A stretch of 64,000 nt of DNA, taken from an uncultured Pseudomonadota bacterium (GTDB lineage Bacteria; Myxococcota_A; Polyangia; Fen-1088). The translations under genes were made by a program, and so were the position numbers. Location of the stretch: assembly GCA_963847705.1 (NCBI GenBank), contig CAWKBC010000030.1:320001-384000 (forward strand), written 5' to 3'. The notes beneath the pieces were generated by a model, which saw only the letters and a list, made by a program, of their open reading frames with translations, did no database searches and was not told where the DNA came from. Shown piece after piece: positions 11,426 to 20,771 of this stretch; the stretch's first letter is position 1; every line of letters starts with the position of its first letter.

Positions 11426-12613
11426 ATGCGCAGACCTCTGGTGGTCATCTTCGCCACCATCGCCCTCGACGCCGTGGGCATCGGGCTGGTGTTCCCGATT
11501 CTTCCGCGGCTCCTCGAGGAGGTGACGCACACCCGGAACATCGCCCCCTTGATCGGGGTGGTGACCGCGCTCTATGCCGTCGTGCAGTTCGTCTTCGCGC
11601 CCGTGCTCGGCGCGCTGAGCGACAAGCTCGGCAGGCGTCCCGTGCTCCTGGTGTCGCTGGCGGGGGCGACGATCAACTACGTCATCATGGCGTTCGCGCC
11701 GCAGCTCTGGATGCTGATGGTCGGCCGCGCCGTCGCTGGCTTGACCAGCGCCAATGTCTCGGTGGCAACCGCCTACATCACCGACATCTCTCCCCAGGAC
11801 CAGCGAGCCCGTCGCTTCGGCCTCTCCAACGCCATGTTCGGCATCGGCTTCATCATCGGGCCGGTTCTGGGCGGACTGCTCGGGGACGCCTGGCTGCGGC
11901 TCCCCTTCATCGCCGCCGCCGCGCTGAACGCCTGCAATCTCCTGCTGGCGTTGTTCATTCTGCCGGAGTCCCGCCCGCCGAACCGCCAGAAGCTCGATCT
12001 GGCCGCGCTCAATCCGCTTCGGCCGCTGCGCTGGGTCTTCTCGATGAAGGCCCTCTTGCCCATCATCCTGGTGTTCTTCCTCTTGAGCGGGAGCGGAGAG
12101 GCCTACGGCACCTGCTGGGCCTTGTGGGGCTTCGACGCGTTCCACTGGAATGGTCGTTGGATCGGCCTCTCGCTCGGGACGTTCGGGGTCTGCCAGACGC
12201 TGGTGCAGGCGCTCTTGCCCGGTCCGGCAACCAAGCGGCTCGGCGAACCTGGCGCCGTCGTCGTCGGACTCGCCTGCGCCTGCGTCGCCCTTTGCGCCAT
12301 GGCCTTTGCCAGGCAAGGCTGGGTCGTCTTTGCCGTCATGCCCCTCTTCGCGCTCGGGGGCATCGGCACACCGGCGCTTCAGTCGCGAGCGACCCGGCTG
12401 GTCGACCCCGCCCGCCAGGGCCAGTTCCAGGGGGTGCTGGCCTCGGCCGTGAGCCTGGCGTCCATCGTGGCGCCGCTCGCTTTCTCGACCTTCTACTTCG
12501 TCGTGCGGAAGGCGTGGCCTGGAGCCATCTGGCTCTCGGTGGTCGTCGTCAATGCCCTGGCCGTCCCGCTGATCGTTCTCGGCACCCGGACCGCCCGCCC
12601 TGCCGGGAGCTAA
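11426..12613 (+). CDS. TetA-like (TCR/Tet, DHA1) MFS efflux pump
   Basis: LDAVGIGLVFPILP, motif A GALSDKLGRRPVLL, AYITDI and GPVLGGLLG; about 12 TM segments. Confidence 0.88.
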   Translation: MRRPLVVIFATIALDAVGIGLVFPILPRLLEEVTHTRNIAPLIGVVTALYAVVQFVFAPVLGALSDKLGRRPVLLVSLAGATINYVIMAFAPQLWMLMVGRAVAGLTSANVSVATAYITDISPQDQRARRFGLSNAMFGIGFIIGPVLGGLLGDAWLRLPFIAAAALNACNLLLALFILPESRPPNRQKLDLAALNPLRPLRWVFSMKALLPIILVFFLLSGSGEAYGTCWALWGFDAFHWNGRWIGLSLGTFGVCQTLVQALLPGPATKRLGEPGAVVVGLACACVALCAMAFARQGWVVFAVMPLFALGGIGTPALQSRATRLVDPARQGQFQGVLASAVSLASIVAPLAFSTFYFVVRKAWPGAIWLSVVVVNALAVPLIVLGTRTARPAGS

Positions 12614-15318
12614 CCGGCGTTTCTCAGCCCGGCGGCGATGCCGATGATGGACATCATGAGCGCCCGTTCGAGCCGCGGGCGTTCGGGCGCGTCGGCGGGC
12701 GCGGCGCGGTAGCGGGCGAGCAGCTCGATCTGCAGCTGGCTGATCGGATCGATGTAGGGGTCGCGCAGCTCGATCTGACGCGCCAGCACCGGGTGCCGCG
12801 CCAGGAGCGGCGACTCGAAGGTCTCCTCCAGCGCGGCGCGCGCGCGCGCGTAGGCGTCGGCCAGCAGCGGAAAGAAGCGCTCGCCGAGCTCGGGGTTGCA
12901 GAGCCGCAGGTAGCCGCGTGTCACCTCCGGGTCCCCCTTGGCGACCGCCGTGGCGGCGCTGTCCAGGGTGGAGGCGAAGAAGGGCCAGCTGCGGAAGAGC
13001 TGTCGCCGCAGCGGCAGGGGGATGGTCGCCAGTCCTTCGGCGACTCCGTAGAAGGCCGGGAGCGGCAGCCGGACCTGCGACCAGGACATCACCCAGGGGA
13101 TGGCGCGCAGGTCGGTGATCTCGCGGACGCGCCCCGAACGGTAGACCGGGCGGCTGGCGATCTGCAGGACGCCGATCTCCCGGATCGGGGTGAGCTGCTC
13201 GTAAAATTCGAAGAAGCCCGGCTGCGCGAACAGCGAACGGTAGGCGCTGGCCGAGGCCCGCGAGGCCTGCTCCAGCGCCTCGCGCCAGGTGGGATCGAGC
13301 GCCGTGCCGTCGTCGCGCGCGTCGCGCGCTGCCGCCTGCCCCAGGTGAAACAGGAGCTGCTCCAGGTTCCGGTGCGCCAGATCGGACTGGCTGTAGCGAT
13401 CGGCCAGCGCCTCTCCCTGCTCGGTCAGGCGCAGCCGCGCGCCGACGGTGCCGGGCGGCAAGCTGGCGATGGCGCGCCCGGCGCTGCCGCCGCCGCGCGC
13501 GGTGGAGGTGCCGCGCCCGTGAAAGAACCAGACCTTCACGTCGAAGGGGCGCGCCGCCGCGGTGATCGACTCCTGGGCCTTGAAGAGCGCCCAGTTGGCG
13601 GCCAGGAATCCGGCGTCCTTGTTGGAGTCGGAGTAGCCGATCATCACCTCGAGGCCGCGGCGCCCGCGCACGTGCGCCAGAAAGAGCGGGTTGTCGAGGA
13701 GGCGGGTGACCGTGGCGGCCCCGCTCTCCAGATCGGCCAGGGTCTCGAACAGCGGCACGATGTCGAAGGGGAGCGCCGCCTGCGGGCGGTAGAGCCCCAC
13801 CTCGCGCGCCAGCACCATCACCTCCAGCAGATCCGACGGGGCGTGGGTCATGCTGACGACGTAGGCGCCGCGCGCGCGCCAGACCCGCAGCGCGCCCAGC
13901 GCCACCTCCAGCGCGCGGGTGGTCGGCACGTGGCCGATCGGCGCCAGCGGCCGGGCGGAGGCGAGCTCGCGGGTGAGCAGCGCCTCGCGCGCGTCGCGAT
14001 CGAGCGCCTCGTAGTCCTCGCAGACCCCGCCCACCCGCATGAGCTCGGCGACGGCCGCGCCGTGCGCCCGCGACTCCTCGCGCAGATCGAGCGTGACCAG
14101 ATCCAGCCCGAAGACCTGCGCCCGCAGCGAGATCGGCCGGACCTCGGTGGTCGCCGCGCCCGCCAGGCCGATCCGGCCGAGCCCGCCGGTGATCGTCTTC
14201 AGATCGCCGAGCAGGTCCCGCGCCTCCTGGTACTTCGGCCGATCGTCGTTGGCCAGCAGCGCGCGCAGCTTCTGGACCATGCCGAGGCAGAGGCAGCGAA
14301 ACGGCTCGTTCTGGAGCGTGGGCGGAATCTCCAGCCCCGACAGCGCGTCGGCGATCTCGAGCTGCAGCGTCTCGGGCAGCTTCACGCGCTGATCGGAGAG
14401 GGAGAGGACGCGCGCCAGGCGCTCGAGCTCGCTCACGTAGAGCGGCAAGACCTCCGCCCGGGCGAACTGCTGCGCCCAGGCGGTCACGGGGGGCAGCACC
14501 TTGGGGTTGCCGTCGCGATCGCCGCCGATCCAGCTGCGGAACACCACGGGCGGCGGCAGCGTCGGCCGCTCGCCGTAGTGCGTCTCGACCGCCCGCTCGA
14601 TCTCGTCGACCAGCCGCGGGACCACCGACCAGAGGACCGTCGGCAAATAGACCAGGCCTCCCCGCGCTTCATCCTCGACGCTGGGGCGCGCGTTGTGCAG
14701 CTCGGAGGTCCCCCAGAGGAGCGCCACGCGCGCCTGGAGGTTCGCGCGCGCGCCGCGGGCGCCGTCGCGAAGGTTGTCGAGCGCCGAGGCGATGTCGGCC
14801 AGATGGCCGCGCACGGTCCAGCGCCGCGTCTCGGTCGGGTGGGCGGTGAAGGTCAGATGCAGCCGCAGCGACCCGAGGAGGCTGACCGCTTCCTCGTAGC
14901 TCCAGCCCTGCTCCTTCAGCGAGCCGACCAGCGCCAGCAGCGACTCCCGGCGCGGCGCCCCGGCGACGCTGGCGGCGTCGCGCGCCGCATTCACCCGCAT
15001 GCGGTGGCGCTCTTCGGCGGTGTTCGCCAGGTGCAGGTAGACGGAGAAGGCGCGCACCAGCCCCTCGGCGTCCTCGAGAGACAGCGCGCCGACGAGCTCG
15101 CGCCAGCGGGCACCCGAGGCCACGTGCGAGGCCGGGCCGGCGGCCGCGCCGCCGCGCCGCGCCTCCTTGGTCAGGGCCCGCACCGCCTCCTCGTGGGCGA
15201 AGAGCGCGTCGCCCGAGAGCGTGCGGATCGCCTCGCCGAGCGCGTTCCCGAGCTCGTTCACCTCTCCCCGCAGGATCGCGAACCACTCCTCCGGGGTCCG
15301 CGCGACGGGCTCGCTCAT
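12610..15318 (-). CDS. ppc: Phosphoenolpyruvate carboxylase
   Basis: Motifs FTAHPTE, SWIGGDRDGNP, EVMIGYSDSNKDAG, FHGRGTSTARGGG, LRAIPW and GLRNAG. Confidence 0.96.
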   Translation of the reverse strand: MSEPVARTPEEWFAILRGEVNELGNALGEAIRTLSGDALFAHEEAVRALTKEARRGGAAAGPASHVASGARWRELVGALSLEDAEGLVRAFSVYLHLANTAEERHRMRVNAARDAASVAGAPRRESLLALVGSLKEQGWSYEEAVSLLGSLRLHLTFTAHPTETRRWTVRGHLADIASALDNLRDGARGARANLQARVALLWGTSELHNARPSVEDEARGGLVYLPTVLWSVVPRLVDEIERAVETHYGERPTLPPPVVFRSWIGGDRDGNPKVLPPVTAWAQQFARAEVLPLYVSELERLARVLSLSDQRVKLPETLQLEIADALSGLEIPPTLQNEPFRCLCLGMVQKLRALLANDDRPKYQEARDLLGDLKTITGGLGRIGLAGAATTEVRPISLRAQVFGLDLVTLDLREESRAHGAAVAELMRVGGVCEDYEALDRDAREALLTRELASARPLAPIGHVPTTRALEVALGALRVWRARGAYVVSMTHAPSDLLEVMVLAREVGLYRPQAALPFDIVPLFETLADLESGAATVTRLLDNPLFLAHVRGRRGLEVMIGYSDSNKDAGFLAANWALFKAQESITAAARPFDVKVWFFHGRGTSTARGGGSAGRAIASLPPGTVGARLRLTEQGEALADRYSQSDLAHRNLEQLLFHLGQAAARDARDDGTALDPTWREALEQASRASASAYRSLFAQPGFFEFYEQLTPIREIGVLQIASRPVYRSGRVREITDLRAIPWVMSWSQVRLPLPAFYGVAEGLATIPLPLRRQLFRSWPFFASTLDSAATAVAKGDPEVTRGYLRLCNPELGERFFPLLADAYARARAALEETFESPLLARHPVLARQIELRDPYIDPISQLQIELLARYRAAPADAPERPRLERALMMSIIGIAAGLRNAG

Positions 15319-15376
15319 GGCTCTGACATTGCAACGAACCGGCCGCCGAAACCAGCAGCAGATTGTTAATTCAGTG

Positions 15377-16327
15377 TCAGCCTGGCGTGGGGAGCCGGGA
15401 CCAGATCGTCCCCTCGTGCCGGGGGGGGAACTGGTCGGGGTGCAGCATCTCCGCCAGGATCTCGGGCGTATCGAACAGCATCGGCCCCGAACGGTTGAAG
15501 TAGAAATTGCCGTCGGCCGCGAAGGCCCGCCCGGCCCGGACCGCGGTCAGCTCGCGCCATCCCGGCCGGTCCGTCAGGGCGGGGAGCTCGGCCAGCGTGC
15601 GCGTCAGGTCGAAGCCGCAGGGCGCGACGACGATCACCTCCGGGTCGGCCATGGCGAGGGCCTCGAACGGCAACGTCGTCGAGTGCGCGCCCGGCGCGCT
15701 CAGCAGGCTCTGACCGCCGGCGATTTCGACGATTTCCGGCCCCCAGTTCCCCATCTCGAAGAGGGGCTCGATCCACTCGAGGCAGGCGACGCGTGCGCGC
15801 CGCAGCGACCTGGTGAGGGCGGCGACCGCGGCCAGCCGGGCGCGAATGTCCGCCGCCAGGGCGCGCCCCGCCTCCGCCGCGTCGAGCACCTCGGCGACGC
15901 GGACGAACCCCTCGAGGATCCCGTCGACGGTGCCGGTGGCGAGCGCGACGACCTGATGTCGCTCCAACTTCGCGGTGACGCCGTGCGCCAGGTCGGCGGG
16001 GCTGACCGCGCAAACCTCACAATGGGTCTGGGTGATGATGATGTCGGGCGCGAGCGCGGCCAGCTGGATCTCGTCCACCTCGTAAAGAGGCAGGCCGGCG
16101 TGCAACCGCTCGCGCACGCGCGCGTCGATCTCGGCGCTGGTGCCGTGGAAATCGAACGCCGGCCGAGACAGCGCCGGCAGCCGCTTCACCCAGGCCGGGT
16201 GGTCGCACTCGTGCGACCGCCCGACCAGACGGTCGCCCAGCCCGAGCGCCGCCACCAGCTCGGTGCCGCTCGCCAGCAGCGAGACGATCCGGCGAGCCGG
16301 CGTGGCCGCGGGGCTCGCGGCGGTCAC
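15377..16327 (-). CDS. BtuF/TroA-like substrate-binding protein lacking a signal peptide
   Basis: Motifs RIVSLLASGTE, LVGRSHECDHP, QTHCEVCAV, APCGF and YFNRSGP. Confidence 0.8.
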   Translation of the reverse strand: MTAASPAATPARRIVSLLASGTELVAALGLGDRLVGRSHECDHPAWVKRLPALSRPAFDFHGTSAEIDARVRERLHAGLPLYEVDEIQLAALAPDIIITQTHCEVCAVSPADLAHGVTAKLERHQVVALATGTVDGILEGFVRVAEVLDAAEAGRALAADIRARLAAVAALTRSLRRARVACLEWIEPLFEMGNWGPEIVEIAGGQSLLSAPGAHSTTLPFEALAMADPEVIVVAPCGFDLTRTLAELPALTDRPGWRELTAVRAGRAFAADGNFYFNRSGPMLFDTPEILAEMLHPDQFPPRHEGTIWSRLPTPG

Positions 16328-17007
16328 CCCACGGCCTCCGAGGGCAGCAGATCCGCGAACACGAAGCCGTCGCGGGTGACCACCTCACCAGCACGAATCG
16401 GCACGGGGCGGCGGAACATCGGGCCGTCGTAGGTGAAGGTGTGAAACTCGCCGCGCTCGCCGCAGGGATCGACCGACGCCGGCAGCTCGGCGAGCAGCGC
16501 GGCGTCGAACTCACGCCCGGCGAAGCGGGCGTCGAGGCTCTTTGGATCGACGCAGGTCAGGCGGGCGCGTAGGCCGCCCGCGACCATCCGTTGCGCCAGC
16601 GCGTCGGTCGGCGTCCCCCAGATCGGGAAGAGAGGCGCGATGCCGGTCGGCGCCAGGCGCTCCTCGCGGTAGCGTCGGACGTCCTCGAGAAAGAGATCGC
16701 CGAAGGCAACGTGCCTGATTCCGTCGGCCTGGGCGCGCGCCATCGCCGCGTTCATCGCCGCCTCGTACTCCGCGTTGCTGCAGGGCCAGGGGATCAGCAC
16801 CGGCCACAGCGGCAAATCGGCGGCGTCGGCCTGGGCGCGCAGGAGCTCGGTCCGGACCGCGTGCATCGCCACCCGGTCGAACGCTTCGTTGATCGTCGTC
16901 AGCAGCCCGACGACCTCCACCTCGGCCTGCACGCGCAGGACGTGCAGCGACCAGGCGCTGTCCTTGCCGCTGCTCCAGGCCAGGAGGGCCTTCGGTTTCA
17001 CGCTCAC
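16324..17007 (-). CDS. Dph6/MJ0570-like PP-loop ATP pyrophosphatase
   Basis: Motifs WSSGKDSA, FGDLFL and DPCGERGEFHTF. Confidence 0.88.
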   Translation of the reverse strand: MSVKPKALLAWSSGKDSAWSLHVLRVQAEVEVVGLLTTINEAFDRVAMHAVRTELLRAQADAADLPLWPVLIPWPCSNAEYEAAMNAAMARAQADGIRHVAFGDLFLEDVRRYREERLAPTGIAPLFPIWGTPTDALAQRMVAGGLRARLTCVDPKSLDARFAGREFDAALLAELPASVDPCGERGEFHTFTYDGPMFRRPVPIRAGEVVTRDGFVFADLLPSEAVG

Positions 17008-17070
17008 GCGGGCATCCTAGACCAACCGCCGCCGTCTGGCCGTTCCCGGTCGCGGCGCTATATTCCCGCG

Positions 17071-17460
17071 ATGTCCGCCGCCGCGCCGGGCTGCAAGGCC
17101 AACATCTCTCCGTCGGGTCGCCGCAGGCGGTTGCGCTTCGGCAACCAGTGGCTGCTCGTCTCGGTGGCGCTGCTGGTGGTGCTGGTGGTCCTGCGCGTCC
17201 CCTGGTACGGCGGGCTGGCGCTGTTCATTCCGGCGGCGCTGTCGGCGATCGGGTTCCTGCAGGCGCGTCGCAACACCTGCGTCATGCGCGCGAAGGAAGG
17301 GACCTTCGAGCACGACGACTTCTCGGCGACCAGGGCGCCGGACGCAGACGTCGCCGCCAGCCGCGCGGTCGCCGCCAGGATCAACCGCGACGTGATCCTG
17401 ATCGGCGTCGCCGGCGCCGCGATCGGCGCTGTGGTGGCCAAGGTTTTTCACCCCCTCTGA
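17071..17460 (+). CDS. Hypothetical membrane protein
   Basis: Three hydrophobic segments; NISPSGRRRR and FLQARRNTCV motifs. Confidence 0.65.
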   Translation: MSAAAPGCKANISPSGRRRRLRFGNQWLLVSVALLVVLVVLRVPWYGGLALFIPAALSAIGFLQARRNTCVMRAKEGTFEHDDFSATRAPDADVAASRAVAARINRDVILIGVAGAAIGAVVAKVFHPL

Positions 17461-17481
17461 GCCTCGCGCGCCCTCGGAGGG

Positions 17482-18969
17482 CTAAAACTCGAGGTGGCCG
17501 CGCAGGGAGAGGACCCAGACGGGCCCGCGCGCGCTGTTGTAGCCGGGGTTGGCCACGAACTGCACGTCCTCTGCCGCGAAGGCCCCGCCCCAGATGTGGA
17601 AGTTGTAGTACTGCTCGACGATCGTCTCGCGCGCGTAGCTGAGGTAGCTGCCGCCGGGCACTACGGGGCAGGTCGGCGGGGGTGCCATGTCGTTGCACCC
17701 CGGACCATCGCCGAGGATGAAGCCGAAACCGCCCAGTCGCAGGTACTCGGCGTGCAAGCTGGAGATCCCGTTGCTGACGAACGCCAGCCCGATGCGATCG
17801 TCGGGACGGCGCCAGCGCGTCCCGCGGACGTCGCCGCCGATCTCGAAGGTGTTGTCGACCTCGGTGTAGGCGAAGCTCTCGTTCTTGCCGTCGTTCCAGC
17901 CGATGCGACCGAACGCGCGAAACAGCGGCCCCAGCTCTTGATACTCGTTGATGCCGAAGCCGTACTTGGTCCGACCGTTCTGGCGTGAGGCCGTGATGTC
18001 CGGGGTCGACCCGGTCGCCTCCGACGTGGCGATGGCGTCGGCGTAGCTCCCCATCGCGGCCTGGTTCAGATAGCCGAGGAGGCGCGTCGTCCCCGCCCAG
18101 TCCGGCCGGCGGCTGTACTTGATCTCCAATTCCAGGTTCTGCGCCCGATTCTGGCCGATGTCCCAGTCGAGATTTTCGCCATTCGCCACCGTCGGCATCA
18201 GCATGAGGCCGTAGCGTGCCTCGACGAACGGCCCCTGGTACTCGAGCACGACTCCGTAGGTGTAGCCGCGCGTGTCGGCGGCGTAGTCCCAGGCGCCGTT
18301 GTTGTCGACGGTCCAGTTCATGAACTGCATGTGGCTGTCGGAGCCGGCGGGGTTGATGTCGAACAGATCGGCGGTCGACATCTTGCCCACCCGGATCTCC
18401 AGCCGGTGGCGCGGGACGTAGGCGAACGAGGAGATCGGCCCACGGTCGGTGTTCACCTCCCAGACGTCGCTGAGCGGGATGAGTTGGTGGATCTCGAGGC
18501 GCGCCACGTAGGGATCGTGCGGCAGCGACGGGTTGCGCACGACGTCGAGGTTGGTGAACCCGGCGATGCCGAGGGCCTTCGAGAGCCCGCCGCCGACCGC
18601 GACCTCGCCGTCGAGGATGATCTCCGTCGTCCTGGTGGCCCGATGTCCGGTGAAGACCGTGAACAGTCCCGAGATGGCGGCGCCGCTGTCGCCCTTGGGC
18701 GCAAAGCTGTTCACCCCGGAATACGGAGAGGTGAGCGGCAGGTTGAACTGGGCGATGCTGTTGGCCTCCATGCCGAACCAGTAGTCGAGATCGGGGTCGT
18801 GGTTCAGGAAGGTGATGTCACTGCCGGCCTTGGGGGCGGTCTCCGGCTCCTCCGGGTTCTTGGCCATCGCCGCCCGCGACGCCAAGGCGATCGCGGCCGC
18901 GGCGATCGCGGCCAGAAGAATGGGTGCCGCCTTGGACGAGCGGTGATGCCTGTTTTGCATGGCGTTCAA
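17482..18969 (-). CDS. OprB-family (carbohydrate/Mn-type) outer-membrane porin
   Basis: Signal peptide; QFMNWTVDNNGAWDYAADTRGYT and NPGYNSARGPV motifs; C-terminal Phe. Confidence 0.85.
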   Translation of the reverse strand: MNAMQNRHHRSSKAAPILLAAIAAAAIALASRAAMAKNPEEPETAPKAGSDITFLNHDPDLDYWFGMEANSIAQFNLPLTSPYSGVNSFAPKGDSGAAISGLFTVFTGHRATRTTEIILDGEVAVGGGLSKALGIAGFTNLDVVRNPSLPHDPYVARLEIHQLIPLSDVWEVNTDRGPISSFAYVPRHRLEIRVGKMSTADLFDINPAGSDSHMQFMNWTVDNNGAWDYAADTRGYTYGVVLEYQGPFVEARYGLMLMPTVANGENLDWDIGQNRAQNLELEIKYSRRPDWAGTTRLLGYLNQAAMGSYADAIATSEATGSTPDITASRQNGRTKYGFGINEYQELGPLFRAFGRIGWNDGKNESFAYTEVDNTFEIGGDVRGTRWRRPDDRIGLAFVSNGISSLHAEYLRLGGFGFILGDGPGCNDMAPPPTCPVVPGGSYLSYARETIVEQYYNFHIWGGAFAAEDVQFVANPGYNSARGPVWVLSLRGHLEF

Positions 18970-19481
18970 CCGACGACCTTGCGCGCGATCGCCCGGTAGA
19001 GGCGGGCCAGGCGGCGGGTCAACGCGCCGTCGCGGAGCCGCAGCGACTCCGTCATCCGGTGGCCGACCGCGTAGAGCGCCGCCGCGCGCCGCCGGCGTTG
19101 AAAGCGGGCCAGCGCCCGCGCGTCCAGCCGGTCCAGCGTCGGCAGCGGCCGCGACGGCGTGTGGGGGAACGAGATGGCGCGGCCGACCACCGCTGCGCGC
19201 AGGCAGGTGGCGAAGGTCGACTTCGGCGCGTCCCCCTGGTGAATGACATAGCGGTTTTCGCCCTTGGAGAAGAGGTGCATGACCCGGTGGAGCAGCAGAT
19301 CCTGTCCGTCGTCGGTCAGCACCAGCACGATGTCGCCCGGGTGGATCTCCTCGGGGGCGGGCTCGATCTTCACCTTCGCGCCGCGCTCGATGGCGGGGCT
19401 CATGCTGTCGGCCACGACCTCGGTCACCACGGGCAGGCCGTGGGCAAGCACCATCCGGACCGCCTGGGGACGGAGGTTCAC
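18966..19481 (-). CDS. S24/S26-family peptidase-like protein
   Basis: DSMSPAI, GDIVLV, LLHRV and QGD motifs. Confidence 0.6.
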   Translation of the reverse strand: MNLRPQAVRMVLAHGLPVVTEVVADSMSPAIERGAKVKIEPAPEEIHPGDIVLVLTDDGQDLLLHRVMHLFSKGENRYVIHQGDAPKSTFATCLRAAVVGRAISFPHTPSRPLPTLDRLDARALARFQRRRRAAALYAVGHRMTESLRLRDGALTRRLARLYRAIARKVVG

Positions 19482-19589
19482 TGGTTCACCGCGCGCAGTA
19501 TATCGACGTTCGCCGGCCCGTCGACGGAGATGCGGCCGCGCCGGGTCTCTGGAAATCGGTCAGGCGGGCATGGGCGCCGACCGTCCGGT

Positions 19590-20771
19590 ATGCTGAACCG
19601 CATGGCTGTGACGGTCGCGGACTTCGACGCGCCGGGCGCGCGTGCCGAGACGGGCGAGCGTGCCGCCGTCTGGCCTCTGTGGTGCGCGCTCGGGTCCTCG
19701 CTGGCGGCGGCCTTCGGCGTGCACTGGGACATCGCCTGGCACCGGTCTATCGGACGGGACGCCTTTCTGACGCCGCCGCACGTGGCGATCTACACGGCCG
19801 CGGTGCTGGCGGCGGTGGCGGCTCTGGCCCAGATCATCCCGGCGACGTTCGGACGCCGTGAGGCGCACCCGGCGGCCGTGCGCGTGCTCGGGTTCCGCGG
19901 GCCGCTCGGGGCCTTCATCTCGGCCTGGGGCGGCGTCACCATGCTCGCCTCGGCGCCGTTCGACGACTGGTGGCACCGCAGCTACGGGCTGGACGTGAAG
20001 ATCCTGAGCCCGCCGCACATCGTGCTGGCGCTCGGCCTCCTGGCCTTGCACCTCGGCGCGCTGGTGATGCTGGCGGGTGCGATGAACCGCAGCGAAGGCG
20101 CGCGCCGCCCGGTGCTGGAGGTGCTGGTGCTGATCGTGGGCGGGAACATGATCGTCGCGCTGACCACGCTGTTCATGGAGAAGACGGTCCGTCCCTTCAT
20201 GCACCTGGGGTCGTTTTATTTGATCATCGGGCTCTGCGTGCCGGTGGTGCTTTCGGCGGTGCAGGGGGCGACCCGCCGACGTTGGGGCGGAGCGCTGTCG
20301 ATCGGCGTTTACTCGATCTTCTTGCTGGCGCTGCTCTGGACCTTCCCGCTGGTTCCGGCGCAGCCGAAGCTGGGACCGGTGCTGGTGCCGGTCACCAACC
20401 TGATCCCGCCCGAGTTCCCCTTGCTCCTGCTGCCGGCCGCGCTGGCGCTCGACGCCTGGTTCTGGCGGCGGCGCGCGCGCCCCGGGATCGCCACGGTGGG
20501 CGGCGGCGCGCTGCTGTTCACCGCGGTCTTCCTGGTCTGCCAGTGGCCGTTCGCGATGTTCCTGATGTCGCCGCCCGCGCGCAACTTCTTCTGGGGGGCG
20601 CGCTACTTCGACTTCTGGATGCCGGCGTTCACCCACTACCGCCGTTATCAGTTCCTCTCCGAGCCCGGGTCGGCGACGGTCGGCTGGCTGCTGGCGGCGG
20701 TGGTCGGTACGGGGCTGTCGATCGCGGCCGGCCGCGCCGCGGGCCGCTGGCTGGGCCGCCTGCGGCGATGA
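19590..20771 (+). CDS. Polytopic membrane protein with two D-x3-H-x12/13-H motifs
   Basis: About 9-10 TM segments; motifs WDIAWHRSIGRDAFLTPPH and FDDWWHRSYGLDVKILSPPH. Confidence 0.8.
   Translation: MLNRMAVTVADFDAPGARAETGERAAVWPLWCALGSSLAAAFGVHWDIAWHRSIGRDAFLTPPHVAIYTAAVLAAVAALAQIIPATFGRREAHPAAVRVLGFRGPLGAFISAWGGVTMLASAPFDDWWHRSYGLDVKILSPPHIVLALGLLALHLGALVMLAGAMNRSEGARRPVLEVLVLIVGGNMIVALTTLFMEKTVRPFMHLGSFYLIIGLCVPVVLSAVQGATRRRWGGALSIGVYSIFLLALLWTFPLVPAQPKLGPVLVPVTNLIPPEFPLLLLPAALALDAWFWRRRARPGIATVGGGALLFTAVFLVCQWPFAMFLMSPPARNFFWGARYFDFWMPAFTHYRRYQFLSEPGSATVGWLLAAVVGTGLSIAAGRAAGRWLGRLRR

Noticed and set aside
11242-15369. 1375-aa ORF and other long Arg/Gly/Pro-rich ORFs (e.g. 6610..9183, 28400..30934, 28543..31002)
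   Set aside because: These are shadow frames of real genes in high-GC DNA, with no recognisable motifs beyond the short oxidoreductase stub.
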